Shown here: one piece after another, positions 47,396-56,134 of the stretch | How positions within the stretch are numbered: the first letter of the stretch is position 1 | Layout: each line of letters opens with the position of its first letter | IMG/VR virus record: IMGVR_UViG_3300044981_000214 | Reading direction: 5' to 3' (one strand) | DNA length: 64,000 nt | Source: a virus | Lineage: Duplodnaviria > Caudoviricetes | Notes under the pieces: model-generated | Databases searched by the model: none | Told to the model about the DNA's origin: nothing | The model's input: the letters and a program-made list of their open reading frames with translations, nothing else | Made by a program: the position numbers and the translations under genes

Positions 47396-48667
47396 ATGGC
47401 TGCAATCCTGCCCAATCTCGAAGTTCCCGAAGACATATCGATTCTAGAACGCGAATATTCAAAATGCGCCTCGTCGATGCATGGCGCAACGCTAGGCGAA
47501 AACAGTCCTAGCTGTCCATCGCCCGACACAGTCATCGCAGAGGCGCACGCAGGCCTACTCAACATGGTATTCGTTCGTGAGGCTGTAGAACAGAGTCTCA
47601 TAGACGTAACGTTCATTGCTCAGGCCGGAAATCTGGCTGGTAAAGATACTAAGGGCGTATACCTAGTACTCGACAAGCCGATCGGTAGGGGGCCGGCGTG
47701 GAACCCTACTACAAATCCTGACGTCCAACAGTATTCGTTGCTGAGCTGGACTAGCAAGATGGCTTGCCCCTCGTTCAGCTTGCCTGCAGGTGATATAACC
47801 ATTGGCGGTAGCTGTCCCGGGGCTGCAGCAGGACAGAGTGTCGTCCCCGAAGGACGGTTAGTTGCAGCCCAAAGACTAGTTGCCAAGATTATCAAGAAAG
47901 AAGTCAATTTGGCGCAGTGTATCTGTGAGCACTGCTATAGTATGGGAGGTCAGTACAGCACTGGCCAGGTCCAGTACGCACAGATCCTACGCTATCTATG
48001 GGCACGGCAAGCCATCAATGTTGTAGCACCAGCACCAGATGGCTCGCCGTCTACTGCGTTTATCGAGACGATGGTTTATGCAATCGACAACGCCAATTTC
48101 TACCTCCAAGGCAGCAAAGGCGAAGACGCTGAACTAGTTCCCGAGCAATCCGGCAAGAAATTTTTTCGTATTCACGATTCAGGCGATTTCTTTGAGGAAG
48201 AATATCTTAGCCAATGGAAACAAATCGCTAGGCGTCTACCGCATATTCACTTCTGGGCACCTTCGAGGATTTGGGCCACAAGTTGGGGCATTGACGCAGT
48301 CAATAAGATCAACTCGCCGATTGATAACTTAGTTATTAGACCGTCGAGCTATGAAATCAACGAGCATCCACCACGAGATTTGGGTCCGGGATGGAGTGCT
48401 GGATCAACAGTGATTGCAGCTGACCAATTTCTTGGAATGACATCAGAGCTTGAGAAATATGTCTACGAGCACGCGCAACGAGTAGCGGTTCGCCCGAATG
48501 GACCTGATCCAAGAGCAGATTGGAACTGCCAAGCCTACTCCACCGAAGACGCTAAGCACACTTGCAGGAAAGCCGTAGCGCCTCCTGGGAAAGGTGGCGT
48601 TGCTGGCAAAGGCTGCCGAGCTTGTTGGCTAAGTACCGATTTAGTAGTTAACTATACGTTACATTAA
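47396..48667 (+). CDS. Gp88-like Cys-rich (radical-SAM-related) phage protein
   Basis: SKMACPSFSLPA..SCPG, CEHCY, FRIHDSGDF, FWAPSR, NLVIR.S, CRACW...Y..H. Confidence 0.75.
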   Translation: MAAILPNLEVPEDISILEREYSKCASSMHGATLGENSPSCPSPDTVIAEAHAGLLNMVFVREAVEQSLIDVTFIAQAGNLAGKDTKGVYLVLDKPIGRGPAWNPTTNPDVQQYSLLSWTSKMACPSFSLPAGDITIGGSCPGAAAGQSVVPEGRLVAAQRLVAKIIKKEVNLAQCICEHCYSMGGQYSTGQVQYAQILRYLWARQAINVVAPAPDGSPSTAFIETMVYAIDNANFYLQGSKGEDAELVPEQSGKKFFRIHDSGDFFEEEYLSQWKQIARRLPHIHFWAPSRIWATSWGIDAVNKINSPIDNLVIRPSSYEINEHPPRDLGPGWSAGSTVIAADQFLGMTSELEKYVYEHAQRVAVRPNGPDPRADWNCQAYSTEDAKHTCRKAVAPPGKGGVAGKGCRACWLSTDLVVNYTLH

Positions 48668-48694
48668 AGTTATTTGTAGAGGAATAAACGGTAA

Positions 48695-49315
48695 TTATTG
48701 AATGTCCTCTGGCTGAACGCTTGTAAATACACCGTCGCCCTTTGAGCCTATCGCTGTAATAATGCCTACTAGTTTACCTTGGGCGTTAAATACTCCTGCA
48801 CCTGAATTACCGTGCTGCACTGCACCTGTGAAATTTACATCGCGACCGCCAGGACCGCCTACAGAGGTTACTACTCCGCATAATGTGTCAACCTTCGGGT
48901 CGGCCACGTGAGCACATACTGTTTCACCGATCTTCACGGCAGCAACTTCTGGGGATGCCAATGTATCGCCCAATGAACCGTTTGGAATTGACAATAATGC
49001 AAGATCCCTTGCACGAGATAGCCAAATGACCGAAGCGAAGGCATGACTCCCATTAGGAAGTTCAACGTATAGGCCTTGAACATTACAATCAGCCATATGC
49101 CCTGCAGTCAACACGCGCCTCGGCCCTAAGGCGATACCTGTACCTCTATAGCCTGTGTAGGCTTGATTTGTTGTGGTTAGGTCAACCTTTACACAAATCT
49201 CGTCAAGACGAACTGTCACTGCTGCTTGATAAGCTGGGGTAAATATCGAAGAACGGGATGACGAAAAACATCCAGTCATTATGCTAGCAACAAGCCACAA
49301 CCGAAAACCGCGCAT
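48695..49315 (-). CDS. trypsin-like serine protease lipoprotein
   Basis: Lipobox MTG-C; LTAGH, DLALL, GNSGAG triad. Confidence 0.85.
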   Translation of the reverse strand: MRGFRLWLVASIMTGCFSSSRSSIFTPAYQAAVTVRLDEICVKVDLTTTNQAYTGYRGTGIALGPRRVLTAGHMADCNVQGLYVELPNGSHAFASVIWLSRARDLALLSIPNGSLGDTLASPEVAAVKIGETVCAHVADPKVDTLCGVVTSVGGPGGRDVNFTGAVQHGNSGAGVFNAQGKLVGIITAIGSKGDGVFTSVQPEDIQ

Positions 49316-49341
49316 GCATAGATCGTAACACGAATGGCACT

Positions 49342-49989
49342 TTACTCAGCTGCTATAGTATTTGCGGCGTTTAGCAAAAACCAAGTAGGGTCGAGCAGTG
49401 TATTAGGCCGTTCACCGCGACGGGGCCATTCGGGCGCATCACGTGTACCATGCTTGTGCAATTCCAAGTGAAGCATCGCCATAGGTCGACCTTTGTCGTG
49501 TATTAACACAGTCTTGACGCAACCGATCAAATTCTTTGCCTTTATCATCTGTCCGACAGTAAGCGTTGTAGAAATTTCGCCGTATACGACAACGCCGGTC
49601 CTACCTTCAACCAATACAGCGTCTGTATCAGACCAATATGAAGAGCTGGCTTTAGCTCCTGTGAACGGTAGGACAGCTACTACCGTCCCGTCTTCAACCG
49701 CTGTTACTGGTGTTCCTTCTGGACAATACAAGTCGACGCCCTCGTGTATATGGTGTTTTCTTACGAAGGCAAAGCTACCGGGATGCGGTGCTAGCGGGAT
49801 TGCAATCTCGAATTTCTTGAGGCTCTTGAACGATTCGCTATCACGTGATGGAATTAGCTTGAAGTCTAACAACGGAGAGTACCAAGGGATATCTCCAACG
49901 GTTGCAGGCACTGCTGGGCGCGCTGCAAGAGGCCAACAGTGCAAGCCTTCAACCCAAACAAAGAGGCCAACCAACACATACTCAATCAT
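49342..49989 (-). CDS. M23-family peptidase-like protein
   Basis: HEGVDLY..EGTPV.AVEDG.V; MLHLEL. Confidence 0.75.
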   Translation of the reverse strand: MIEYVLVGLFVWVEGLHCWPLAARPAVPATVGDIPWYSPLLDFKLIPSRDSESFKSLKKFEIAIPLAPHPGSFAFVRKHHIHEGVDLYCPEGTPVTAVEDGTVVAVLPFTGAKASSSYWSDTDAVLVEGRTGVVVYGEISTTLTVGQMIKAKNLIGCVKTVLIHDKGRPMAMLHLELHKHGTRDAPEWPRRGERPNTLLDPTWFLLNAANTIAAE

Positions 49990-49997
49990 GGCTTAAA

Positions 49998-50357
49998 TCA
50001 CGGCCCGATCGTATAGATGCTAGCGCCGTTGTTATCCTCATCACCAGGATCACCGAAATAGTTGAAGCTGTAGAGATGGATCTTGATGAACAAGGCTACA
50101 TATGGATCGTATGGATTCATGTCAGGATTGGTCCTGACTGTCTTCCACCAATCGCTTGGAGGTTCATTTTCCTTATCCCATTCTGGCCACATACCATACG
50201 CGGGCAGGTACCAAATATTCATGCCACAAGCGGTACAGCCCATCGTTTGATCCCACACCTCGATAATGCCATCACTGCACTGTTGCGGTAGTTCACGCCA
50301 ATCACCTTCCCAACAAATTTGGTTGTAAGGCTTATCTTTAATCTGACAGTTGCTCAT
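49998..50357 (-). CDS. hypothetical protein
   Basis: ORF in operon. Confidence 0.5.
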   Translation of the reverse strand: MSNCQIKDKPYNQICWEGDWRELPQQCSDGIIEVWDQTMGCTACGMNIWYLPAYGMWPEWDKENEPPSDWWKTVRTNPDMNPYDPYVALFIKIHLYSFNYFGDPGDEDNNGASIYTIGP

Positions 50358-50755
50358 AGCATTTTCTTGGTCTTATTGTGCGGGTCCAGTCCTAGCTGTT
50401 CACGAACCTCATGATTTAGCATCACCTTTACTGTATTAGCAACCTCAGTCATAGTTGGCTCAGTACCCCACGGTTGGGTAGTCTTGAATTCCGCTATTTC
50501 GCCCGTTTCTACATCGAGCGAGCATATTCTACACTCGATAACCCATGCGGTAGGGTCTTCAATATTCCTTGTCACAGATACTTTACAAGACTCAGGAAGC
50601 TTAATCGTGAAGGTCTCTGGCTCCGTAATCGTTCGTACGGCCGGGTCCCATTCAGCAATCAGCGCATCGATTGCATCTTTGGCTTGACGTAGCTCTTGTT
50701 CCTTTGTTAGCTCTCGAACTTTAGCTAGTTTCTTATCCCACTCCTCATTGGTCAC
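50354..50755 (-). CDS. hypothetical protein
   Basis: HEVRE...DPH C-terminus. Confidence 0.55.
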   Translation of the reverse strand: MTNEEWDKKLAKVRELTKEQELRQAKDAIDALIAEWDPAVRTITEPETFTIKLPESCKVSVTRNIEDPTAWVIECRICSLDVETGEIAEFKTTQPWGTEPTMTEVANTVKVMLNHEVREQLGLDPHNKTKKML

Positions 50756-50966
50756 GGCGAGGACCTCTTTCTCCTTTAGCTAGCCAAAATGCTAGAATCG
50801 TGTTCGCTGATGCGAACAAGAAATAAAGGGGCCATGCAAGGAACAGCGCGGTCTTCTCTAACCAGCGCCATCGTAGGGACCAACTCCAGGCACTAAACAC
50901 GCCGTCAACGTAGACCGTAAGGCCGATTAGTAGATATGCTGCAATACCGTAGATGAACATTGGCAC
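50745..50966 (-). CDS. small membrane protein
   Basis: YLLIG...LAWPL hydrophobic pattern. Confidence 0.5.
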   Translation of the reverse strand: MPMFIYGIAAYLLIGLTVYVDGVFSAWSWSLRWRWLEKTALFLAWPLYFLFASANTILAFWLAKGERGPRRDQ

Positions 50967-50990
50967 TAGAAAGCAGTGTACAATTATTTC

Positions 50991-51464
50991 GTGCCCACTA
51001 AGAAAAAATCAGCTTCAAGCGCCCCACCTTGCTTGAAGGTCAAGATCGGGGCTAGCAAGGGAACGCATCAGCGTACCGAAGGCGGTTGTGCGACTGTTGG
51101 CACGGGCAGTTTTGATCGTAAGTCTTTCAACCTCGGCAAGAAATTCGGTGCGACGTCCAAGACTGTTGACGCTATCGATGGCAAATATTGCGGTACCGAC
51201 AAGCATGGTAAGAAGAAAAAGTGCCCTGAACCTTGTCAGGCGGTCTCGAAGCGTAAGACCTGTCCTGTTCAGTTAGTGTTTGACCGCGGACAACCGTTTC
51301 TACGTTTTTGTCGAGCAGCTAAAGAAGCGGGATATCGAGTAAACGTCGAGTCGAGCCGAGAGGCTGTAAGTGTAGCAGAGAGGGCCTGTGCGCACTGGAA
51401 GCGTGTTGGCTCGTTTGAGGGCTACTTCCCGAGTGGGACGCCGCTAAGGGGACGCACCAAGTGA
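50991..51464 (+). CDS. basic Cys/Lys-rich protein
   Basis: TACAAT-N6-GTG; 8 Cys; ends PLRGRTK. Confidence 0.6.
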   Translation: MPTKKKSASSAPPCLKVKIGASKGTHQRTEGGCATVGTGSFDRKSFNLGKKFGATSKTVDAIDGKYCGTDKHGKKKKCPEPCQAVSKRKTCPVQLVFDRGQPFLRFCRAAKEAGYRVNVESSREAVSVAERACAHWKRVGSFEGYFPSGTPLRGRTK

Positions 51465-51622
51465 CTACCTTTCTGGTTGCAGCGACTATGATCCAATAGC
51501 CATTGTGTGGCTTGACTGTCACGTGCCGGCCAACCAGCATCAGACCCGATACAACAGTATGTCGCACCGCAACCGCACGTCAGAGTCGTGCCTGCCCAAT
51601 TTTTTGACGTGTTGATCACTGG

Positions 51623-51964
51623 CTATCTAGCCTTCTTTGGCAATCCGGCGCCAATTGTCTTGATCCAACGATTCCAGTAAGCCCTTGCAACCCTACGTGC
51701 CTCTTCCTGTTGGGCTTTGGTAGTATTCCACGGTATCTGTACGCCAAGATTATCTATCACCCAGTCCTCGATTTCGAATGTCGAGAACTTGAACTTGGGT
51801 CCGCGGTATTTGGGATTGAGCATACAAATAAAGAAATCGGTAGATATCTTCTCTGCAAGGGCTCTAACTGTATCGGTTCTACTTAGCATTTGATCGACCT
51901 GCTTCAAACTCTTCAAGGTATCTAGAGAAAGTAACTTCCGGATCATCTTCCTCCAGTAATTCAT
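51623..51964 (-). CDS. hypothetical protein
   Basis: ORF in operon. Confidence 0.45.
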   Translation of the reverse strand: MNYWRKMIRKLLSLDTLKSLKQVDQMLSRTDTVRALAEKISTDFFICMLNPKYRGPKFKFSTFEIEDWVIDNLGVQIPWNTTKAQQEEARRVARAYWNRWIKTIGAGLPKKAR

Positions 51965-52142
51965 TAACGATACTTAGGGCCATATTCCATTCGTCCGGCC
52001 TTTGCTGATTAACGGTACAGGCTAGTTTGATTGCCTTGTCTAGGTAATACCTAATGACCTTAGCTGCCGCAGTACGCTGAGCCTTAGTAGGCTTTCGTTT
52101 CTTTTTCTTCACCAGCACAGTCCTGACCCGTCTTCTGCCCAA
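51879..52142 (-). CDS. basic hypothetical protein
   Basis: KKKKRKP N-terminus. Confidence 0.45.
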   Translation of the reverse strand: MGRRRVRTVLVKKKKRKPTKAQRTAAAKVIRYYLDKAIKLACTVNQQRPDEWNMALSIVNELLEEDDPEVTFSRYLEEFEAGRSNAK

Positions 52143-52948
52143 GCTTCTAATGCTCCTAGTAGTTTGAGCATATCGCCCTTGTAGAAGCCTGCTGAATTGA
52201 GATTATTGACCTCAACAATTTTTAGGCCTTCAGACGTATCAGCAACGTCTAGAACATAAGCGTCATTGGGATGCCAGACCTTGTGACACTCGTGCGCAAA
52301 CTCCAGCACCCGAGGTTCGGTCAGCTCTGGCGCTTGGTACCGCTTGATCGTTCCGATCTTGTAGCCTGAAGACGTGACAGGTCCCCACGGTAGCATCCAC
52401 ACCCGAGTCTCGGACCAAATTTCTTTCTTGGTGCAGACCATCACGGGAGTATCCAGGTCAAGGAGGTTGATCCCAAGTGGATCGTTAACAGGGTCTGCGG
52501 TCTCGGGCATACGTTTGAGCCCTGCTACCCAATCTTGATAGTAGGGATAATCGCAGACCATCCCTGTGAAAGCCTTGGTGTCATGAACAGGTCGCAAGAA
52601 AAAGGGCTTCTCTTGTTCTGGAACAGCGCCCATTTTGTAGATCTTAGCATCGAAATTGAGCATTCGATCGCCCCAGTGCTGGCGCTGAATCTCAAAGTCT
52701 AAATTGGCTAAGAAAGCCCCTGGATGCCAGTTTCGTTCCTTGCGGGCAACGCGTGCCAGCGTATAGCTGCCGAGTACGATTGCATCTGCGCCGTTTTCGG
52801 GCAGAGCTGCGCCTTCAACTACTTCGAGCCCTCCTACAAATGGGATTACCTTAACCAACGTGTAGGTAAGATTCAAACGCTTGATTGCCGCAAGAAGACC
52901 TTCAAAGCCCTCTTCAGCGTAGATATTGGACTGAATCACCCAGTGCAT
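52109..52948 (-). CDS. ATP-grasp domain protein (R2K/DUF4343-like)
   Basis: FFLRP...KAFTG, ETRVW, YVLDVA....KIVEVN..NSAGFY. Confidence 0.75.
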   Translation of the reverse strand: MHWVIQSNIYAEEGFEGLLAAIKRLNLTYTLVKVIPFVGGLEVVEGAALPENGADAIVLGSYTLARVARKERNWHPGAFLANLDFEIQRQHWGDRMLNFDAKIYKMGAVPEQEKPFFLRPVHDTKAFTGMVCDYPYYQDWVAGLKRMPETADPVNDPLGINLLDLDTPVMVCTKKEIWSETRVWMLPWGPVTSSGYKIGTIKRYQAPELTEPRVLEFAHECHKVWHPNDAYVLDVADTSEGLKIVEVNNLNSAGFYKGDMLKLLGALEAWAEDGSGLCW

Positions 52949-52951
52949 GAG

Positions 52952-53146
52952 TTACCTACTATCTAACCACTGAGACAGAAAGAAGGCTGTAACACCTAGA
53001 TCCACAACAGTAAATATTGCGAAAATAATCGCGTTGCGCAACCAGCGCTTAGATGGCTGGTCTCGGTATCGACCGTACCAAGAAAGGCAAATGATACCGG
53101 CCTCGATAGTGCAAATCAGCCAAATCACCGTCGGAAGAAGCATCAT
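52952..53146 (-). CDS. two-TM small membrane protein
   Basis: Two hydrophobic helices. Confidence 0.5.
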   Translation of the reverse strand: MMLLPTVIWLICTIEAGIICLSWYGRYRDQPSKRWLRNAIIFAIFTVVDLGVTAFFLSQWLDSR

Positions 53147-53148
53147 AG

Positions 53149-53351
53149 CTAGGCGCTTCCGTATCGGAATGAGGTAAACATCCCAGTATCTTCGTCAGTA
53201 AAAAACCCAATTTATGTAATGCCGCTTTGTCCTCGTCCGATACTGACTCTGATTTGATACAGACGTACATAATGTCATGCTCGCAATGTGTAGGACGGCG
53301 AGGGTTACCGTACTTCGAAAAAATTGTCAGTGCAGCGATTAGATCTTGCAT
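53149..53351 (-). CDS. small phage protein with -1 frameshift at GGGTTTTTT
   Basis: DLI.AL.IF.KY..PTHCEHD; -1 frame gives FTDEDTGMFTSFRYGSA-stop just before the next ATG. Confidence 0.5.
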
Positions 53352-53357
53352 AGGATT

Positions 53358-54143
53358 TCACTCCCAAGGTTCGTATTCCAGATCGACCAGCACCTGCGGT
53401 GTTTCCTCTTTGGCCTTGCTAGCCGCGATCTTTAACCGTAGCTCATGACTCCAAGCCTCACTAGCTTTCTGTTTGGCCAGTAACGTCGTCGAGCGATCTG
53501 TTTGGCCAGCAACGTCGTCGAGCGAGGGCTCAGGACTCTTAACGGTCCAATTAGAGATTTGGCATTGAGCATTGAAGGTGATGCTGTAGGTTGCTCCAGC
53601 AACTGCTGGCACTGCCACATAATGTGAAGCTGTAACTGTAGTCGAGGTAACCGCAGCCGCTTTAGCTCCTGCTTCTGCCTGCTTAGCCCACTCCCGTTGA
53701 TAAGCTTGTCGCATGTTCTCATATGGAACAGCACACGGTTGATCACGAAACCATGGATCATCAAGGTCTCGTTGAGATTGAGGCTTCAAATCTTTTCTGT
53801 CTATCTGTGCAAGACCACCAGAGTACTTGCGTATAGCATCACTAGGTGTATTACGAACAAATCGAACAGTATCAACCGGGATCTGCTTTATCAACCAGAC
53901 TCCAATAGTCCCGTCAGCGCTAACTTCCAGTGGCCGAGGAATCGCATCGTCCTCCGCTACAATAGCCCATAAACACTGATTGTTACTATAGTCTGTAATT
54001 GTGCTCCAGTACCATTCATCTAATGACTTAGCCCGGTTGCAGAAATTCTGCATCTCAGTTTCTGTACACTGAGACAGAAAAAGTGCAGCCCTCGCACCTA
54101 CCCGACAGTCAGCGACACGTGCATATGTAAATTTCGTTGTCAC
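53358..54143 (-). CDS. hypothetical protein
   Basis: 261 aa; contains a 29-bp tandem duplication. Confidence 0.55.
   Translation of the reverse strand: MTTKFTYARVADCRVGARAALFLSQCTETEMQNFCNRAKSLDEWYWSTITDYSNNQCLWAIVAEDDAIPRPLEVSADGTIGVWLIKQIPVDTVRFVRNTPSDAIRKYSGGLAQIDRKDLKPQSQRDLDDPWFRDQPCAVPYENMRQAYQREWAKQAEAGAKAAAVTSTTVTASHYVAVPAVAGATYSITFNAQCQISNWTVKSPEPSLDDVAGQTDRSTTLLAKQKASEAWSHELRLKIAASKAKEETPQVLVDLEYEPWE
53468..53525. repeat. 29-bp tandem duplication
   Basis: tctgtttggccag(t/c)aacgtcgtcgagcga x2. Confidence 0.9.
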
Positions 54144-54406
54144 TTAGTCTCCCTTTTCTTCCTTCTGATACCAAAGTCACCTGTTTCGTACTTATCAGGC
54201 TGTAGAAGATGATCATGTCCTACATGTGACGGCCAAGCATAAACCACGCATTGCGTATGCAGCGCCTCTGCAATAGCGGCAGCATTTGGATGATCACAGT
54301 TATCAATGAACATTTGAATCTTACGTACTTTTTCGAGTAGTTGATCCATTCGTAGCAGCGCACGAACGATATCAGCGTCCGTCTTGAAGTCTTTAATGAC
54401 ACTCAC
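54140..54406 (-). CDS. hypothetical protein
   Basis: Coupled ORF. Confidence 0.5.
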   Translation of the reverse strand: MSVIKDFKTDADIVRALLRMDQLLEKVRKIQMFIDNCDHPNAAAIAEALHTQCVVYAWPSHVGHDHLLQPDKYETGDFGIRRKKRETK

Positions 54407-54409
54407 CGT

Positions 54410-54931
54410 TTAGGCTTCGCCTTTCCACGTGTATTTGAAATTACGGTACCAATCATCAACTATTTGACAATCATAGGTCGACCAGAATTCGATCTGATCC
54501 ATTGGATCTGCACCTTGCATTCTCAGAATGGCACCACAATCAGCATCCGGTGTAATTTCTCGCACAAGTCGAATCGAACGTCCAGACTTAAGCATCGTCT
54601 CGTTGGGAACTAGTCTAGGTAGCAACGTACGAGACTTATCCCGCAGCTGTCCAAGCGACTTCCCAGCCTCATCCATCGTCAACCGATAGTCAAGCTCTTC
54701 CCAAGACCAATCGAAATTATCATGATCGTCGAACGGTTCAGAAGGCGGGAAAGGCTTGAAGGGGTCACACCGAAACACGCCCCATTCAGCGATAGTCATG
54801 CCCTTGAACAACGATACGACCGCAAAAATACGGTCTAGACTAACCCAGTGGCCGCCGCTGAAGCTCTCGAACGTAGTACCGCCGAGCTGCTTACGCAACC
54901 GACGACGAGGCTTGACTGCTGATTTAGCCAT
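54410..54931 (-). CDS. hypothetical protein
   Basis: Basic N-terminus MAKSAVKPRRRLRKQLGG. Confidence 0.55.
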   Translation of the reverse strand: MAKSAVKPRRRLRKQLGGTTFESFSGGHWVSLDRIFAVVSLFKGMTIAEWGVFRCDPFKPFPPSEPFDDHDNFDWSWEELDYRLTMDEAGKSLGQLRDKSRTLLPRLVPNETMLKSGRSIRLVREITPDADCGAILRMQGADPMDQIEFWSTYDCQIVDDWYRNFKYTWKGEA

Positions 54932-55388
54932 TGTGTTGTGGCCAGTAGACGTGTTGTGGCCAGTAGACGACTTCTTCAGCGAAGCGAGCCGTGATCCGGT
55001 CGGCTTGGTCCTGGCCTAGCTTCCAACGTGCCTTGAACCTCTCAGCGTCTTCAGGCGTGTTAGCATAGCTGCCACCGCCATCGATTTGACTATCGCAACG
55101 CGCCCAACCGTAGTTGGCATACTCCAAGGCCTCACCAACTGTCATGGTGCCCTTAACAATTCGCTGCAGCAGGTCCAACGCCATATAGACATTGCCGCCT
55201 GCGCCAGGGATCGCATTACTCGTAAGCGCAGTCACAAAGTCGCTTCCGACTTTGTGCTCTGTAGCGGCATCGAAAGAAGGAAACACGTGAATAATCAAGA
55301 GCGCAATCGTAATCGGGTGTCCTGGGTAAACAGCCGATTCGCCGAGTAGCTCACGTTCAAGTTTGTGACCGTCGATGGTAGGGTTCAT
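54924..55388 (-). CDS. hypothetical protein
   Basis: ECF-like motif upstream; VYWPQH x2 at C-terminus. Confidence 0.6.
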   Translation of the reverse strand: MNPTIDGHKLERELLGESAVYPGHPITIALLIIHVFPSFDAATEHKVGSDFVTALTSNAIPGAGGNVYMALDLLQRIVKGTMTVGEALEYANYGWARCDSQIDGGGSYANTPEDAERFKARWKLGQDQADRITARFAEEVVYWPQHVYWPQHNG

Positions 55389-55399
55389 AATAGATTTAT

Positions 55400-55425
55400 T
55401 ACGTTTCAGGTATAGGCCTTATTTC
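55400..55425 (-). promoter_or_regulatory. ECF-sigma-like promoter
   Basis: GAAAT-N17-CGTA. Confidence 0.65.
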
Positions 55426-55488
55426 CTTTGAACCAACGATCACGTAACACGGCGATTTCAGGGGGTAAGCACCACCGATCATAGACCT

Positions 55489-56085
55489 TTAAGGGGTGTT
55501 TTTAACACACCTAAGCCAGGTCTCGGCATCTTCCTTTTTCTTGAATATAGCAAACGTCTTCTCGATGGCCCACCAGGCATCATACCAATCGTAATCGTCG
55601 CGAGTTTTAGCAAACCTAGACGACACCGAAATACCTTTAACGTCTGATGGCCCGCGTTCGTCAACAAAATTGTCACGAATACACGTACGCTCCTTCAGCC
55701 GCGTGAAATCACCAGACAGGCCAAGCTGGTCGATAAACAGCATCTTGGCCAGAGTATATTCATCCTCGGGGCCAACGTACCAACAAAGGTACTTGCCTGC
55801 GACTTTGATACGCTTTGGCTCAGACACCATAGTAGCTGCCCGCATGCGCTTGAGTGCAGCTGGCAGCGCGCCATACTCGAACTCCGCCGATCCCATATAA
55901 TCCATGGTGAAGAAGTAGTCGATGGACGTAGGGATAGGGTCAGGTAGCAAGTGCTTAGACGCACGTTGAATGAATTTAGATTTCACTCGTTGAACGAGAT
56001 AAATATTGTGCTTGAGCGTTGGCCGCTTGGCAACTTCACGAGAGTTTGCCGTTGCCTGAAACGCACGCTTGAGTCCGTCGCCCAT
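55489..56085 (-). CDS. hypothetical phage protein
   Basis: DYMGSAEFEYGALP motif; AGGAG RBS. Confidence 0.65.
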   Translation of the reverse strand: MGDGLKRAFQATANSREVAKRPTLKHNIYLVQRVKSKFIQRASKHLLPDPIPTSIDYFFTMDYMGSAEFEYGALPAALKRMRAATMVSEPKRIKVAGKYLCWYVGPEDEYTLAKMLFIDQLGLSGDFTRLKERTCIRDNFVDERGPSDVKGISVSSRFAKTRDDYDWYDAWWAIEKTFAIFKKKEDAETWLRCVKNTP

Positions 56086-56108
56086 AACATTTCTCCTATG
56101 CTAGATCA

Positions 56109-56133
56109 AACGTCCGACTCGCTAACCTATTCC
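56109..56133 (-). promoter_or_regulatory. ECF-sigma-like promoter
   Basis: GGAAT-N16-CGTT. Confidence 0.55.
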
Positions 56134-56134
56134 C

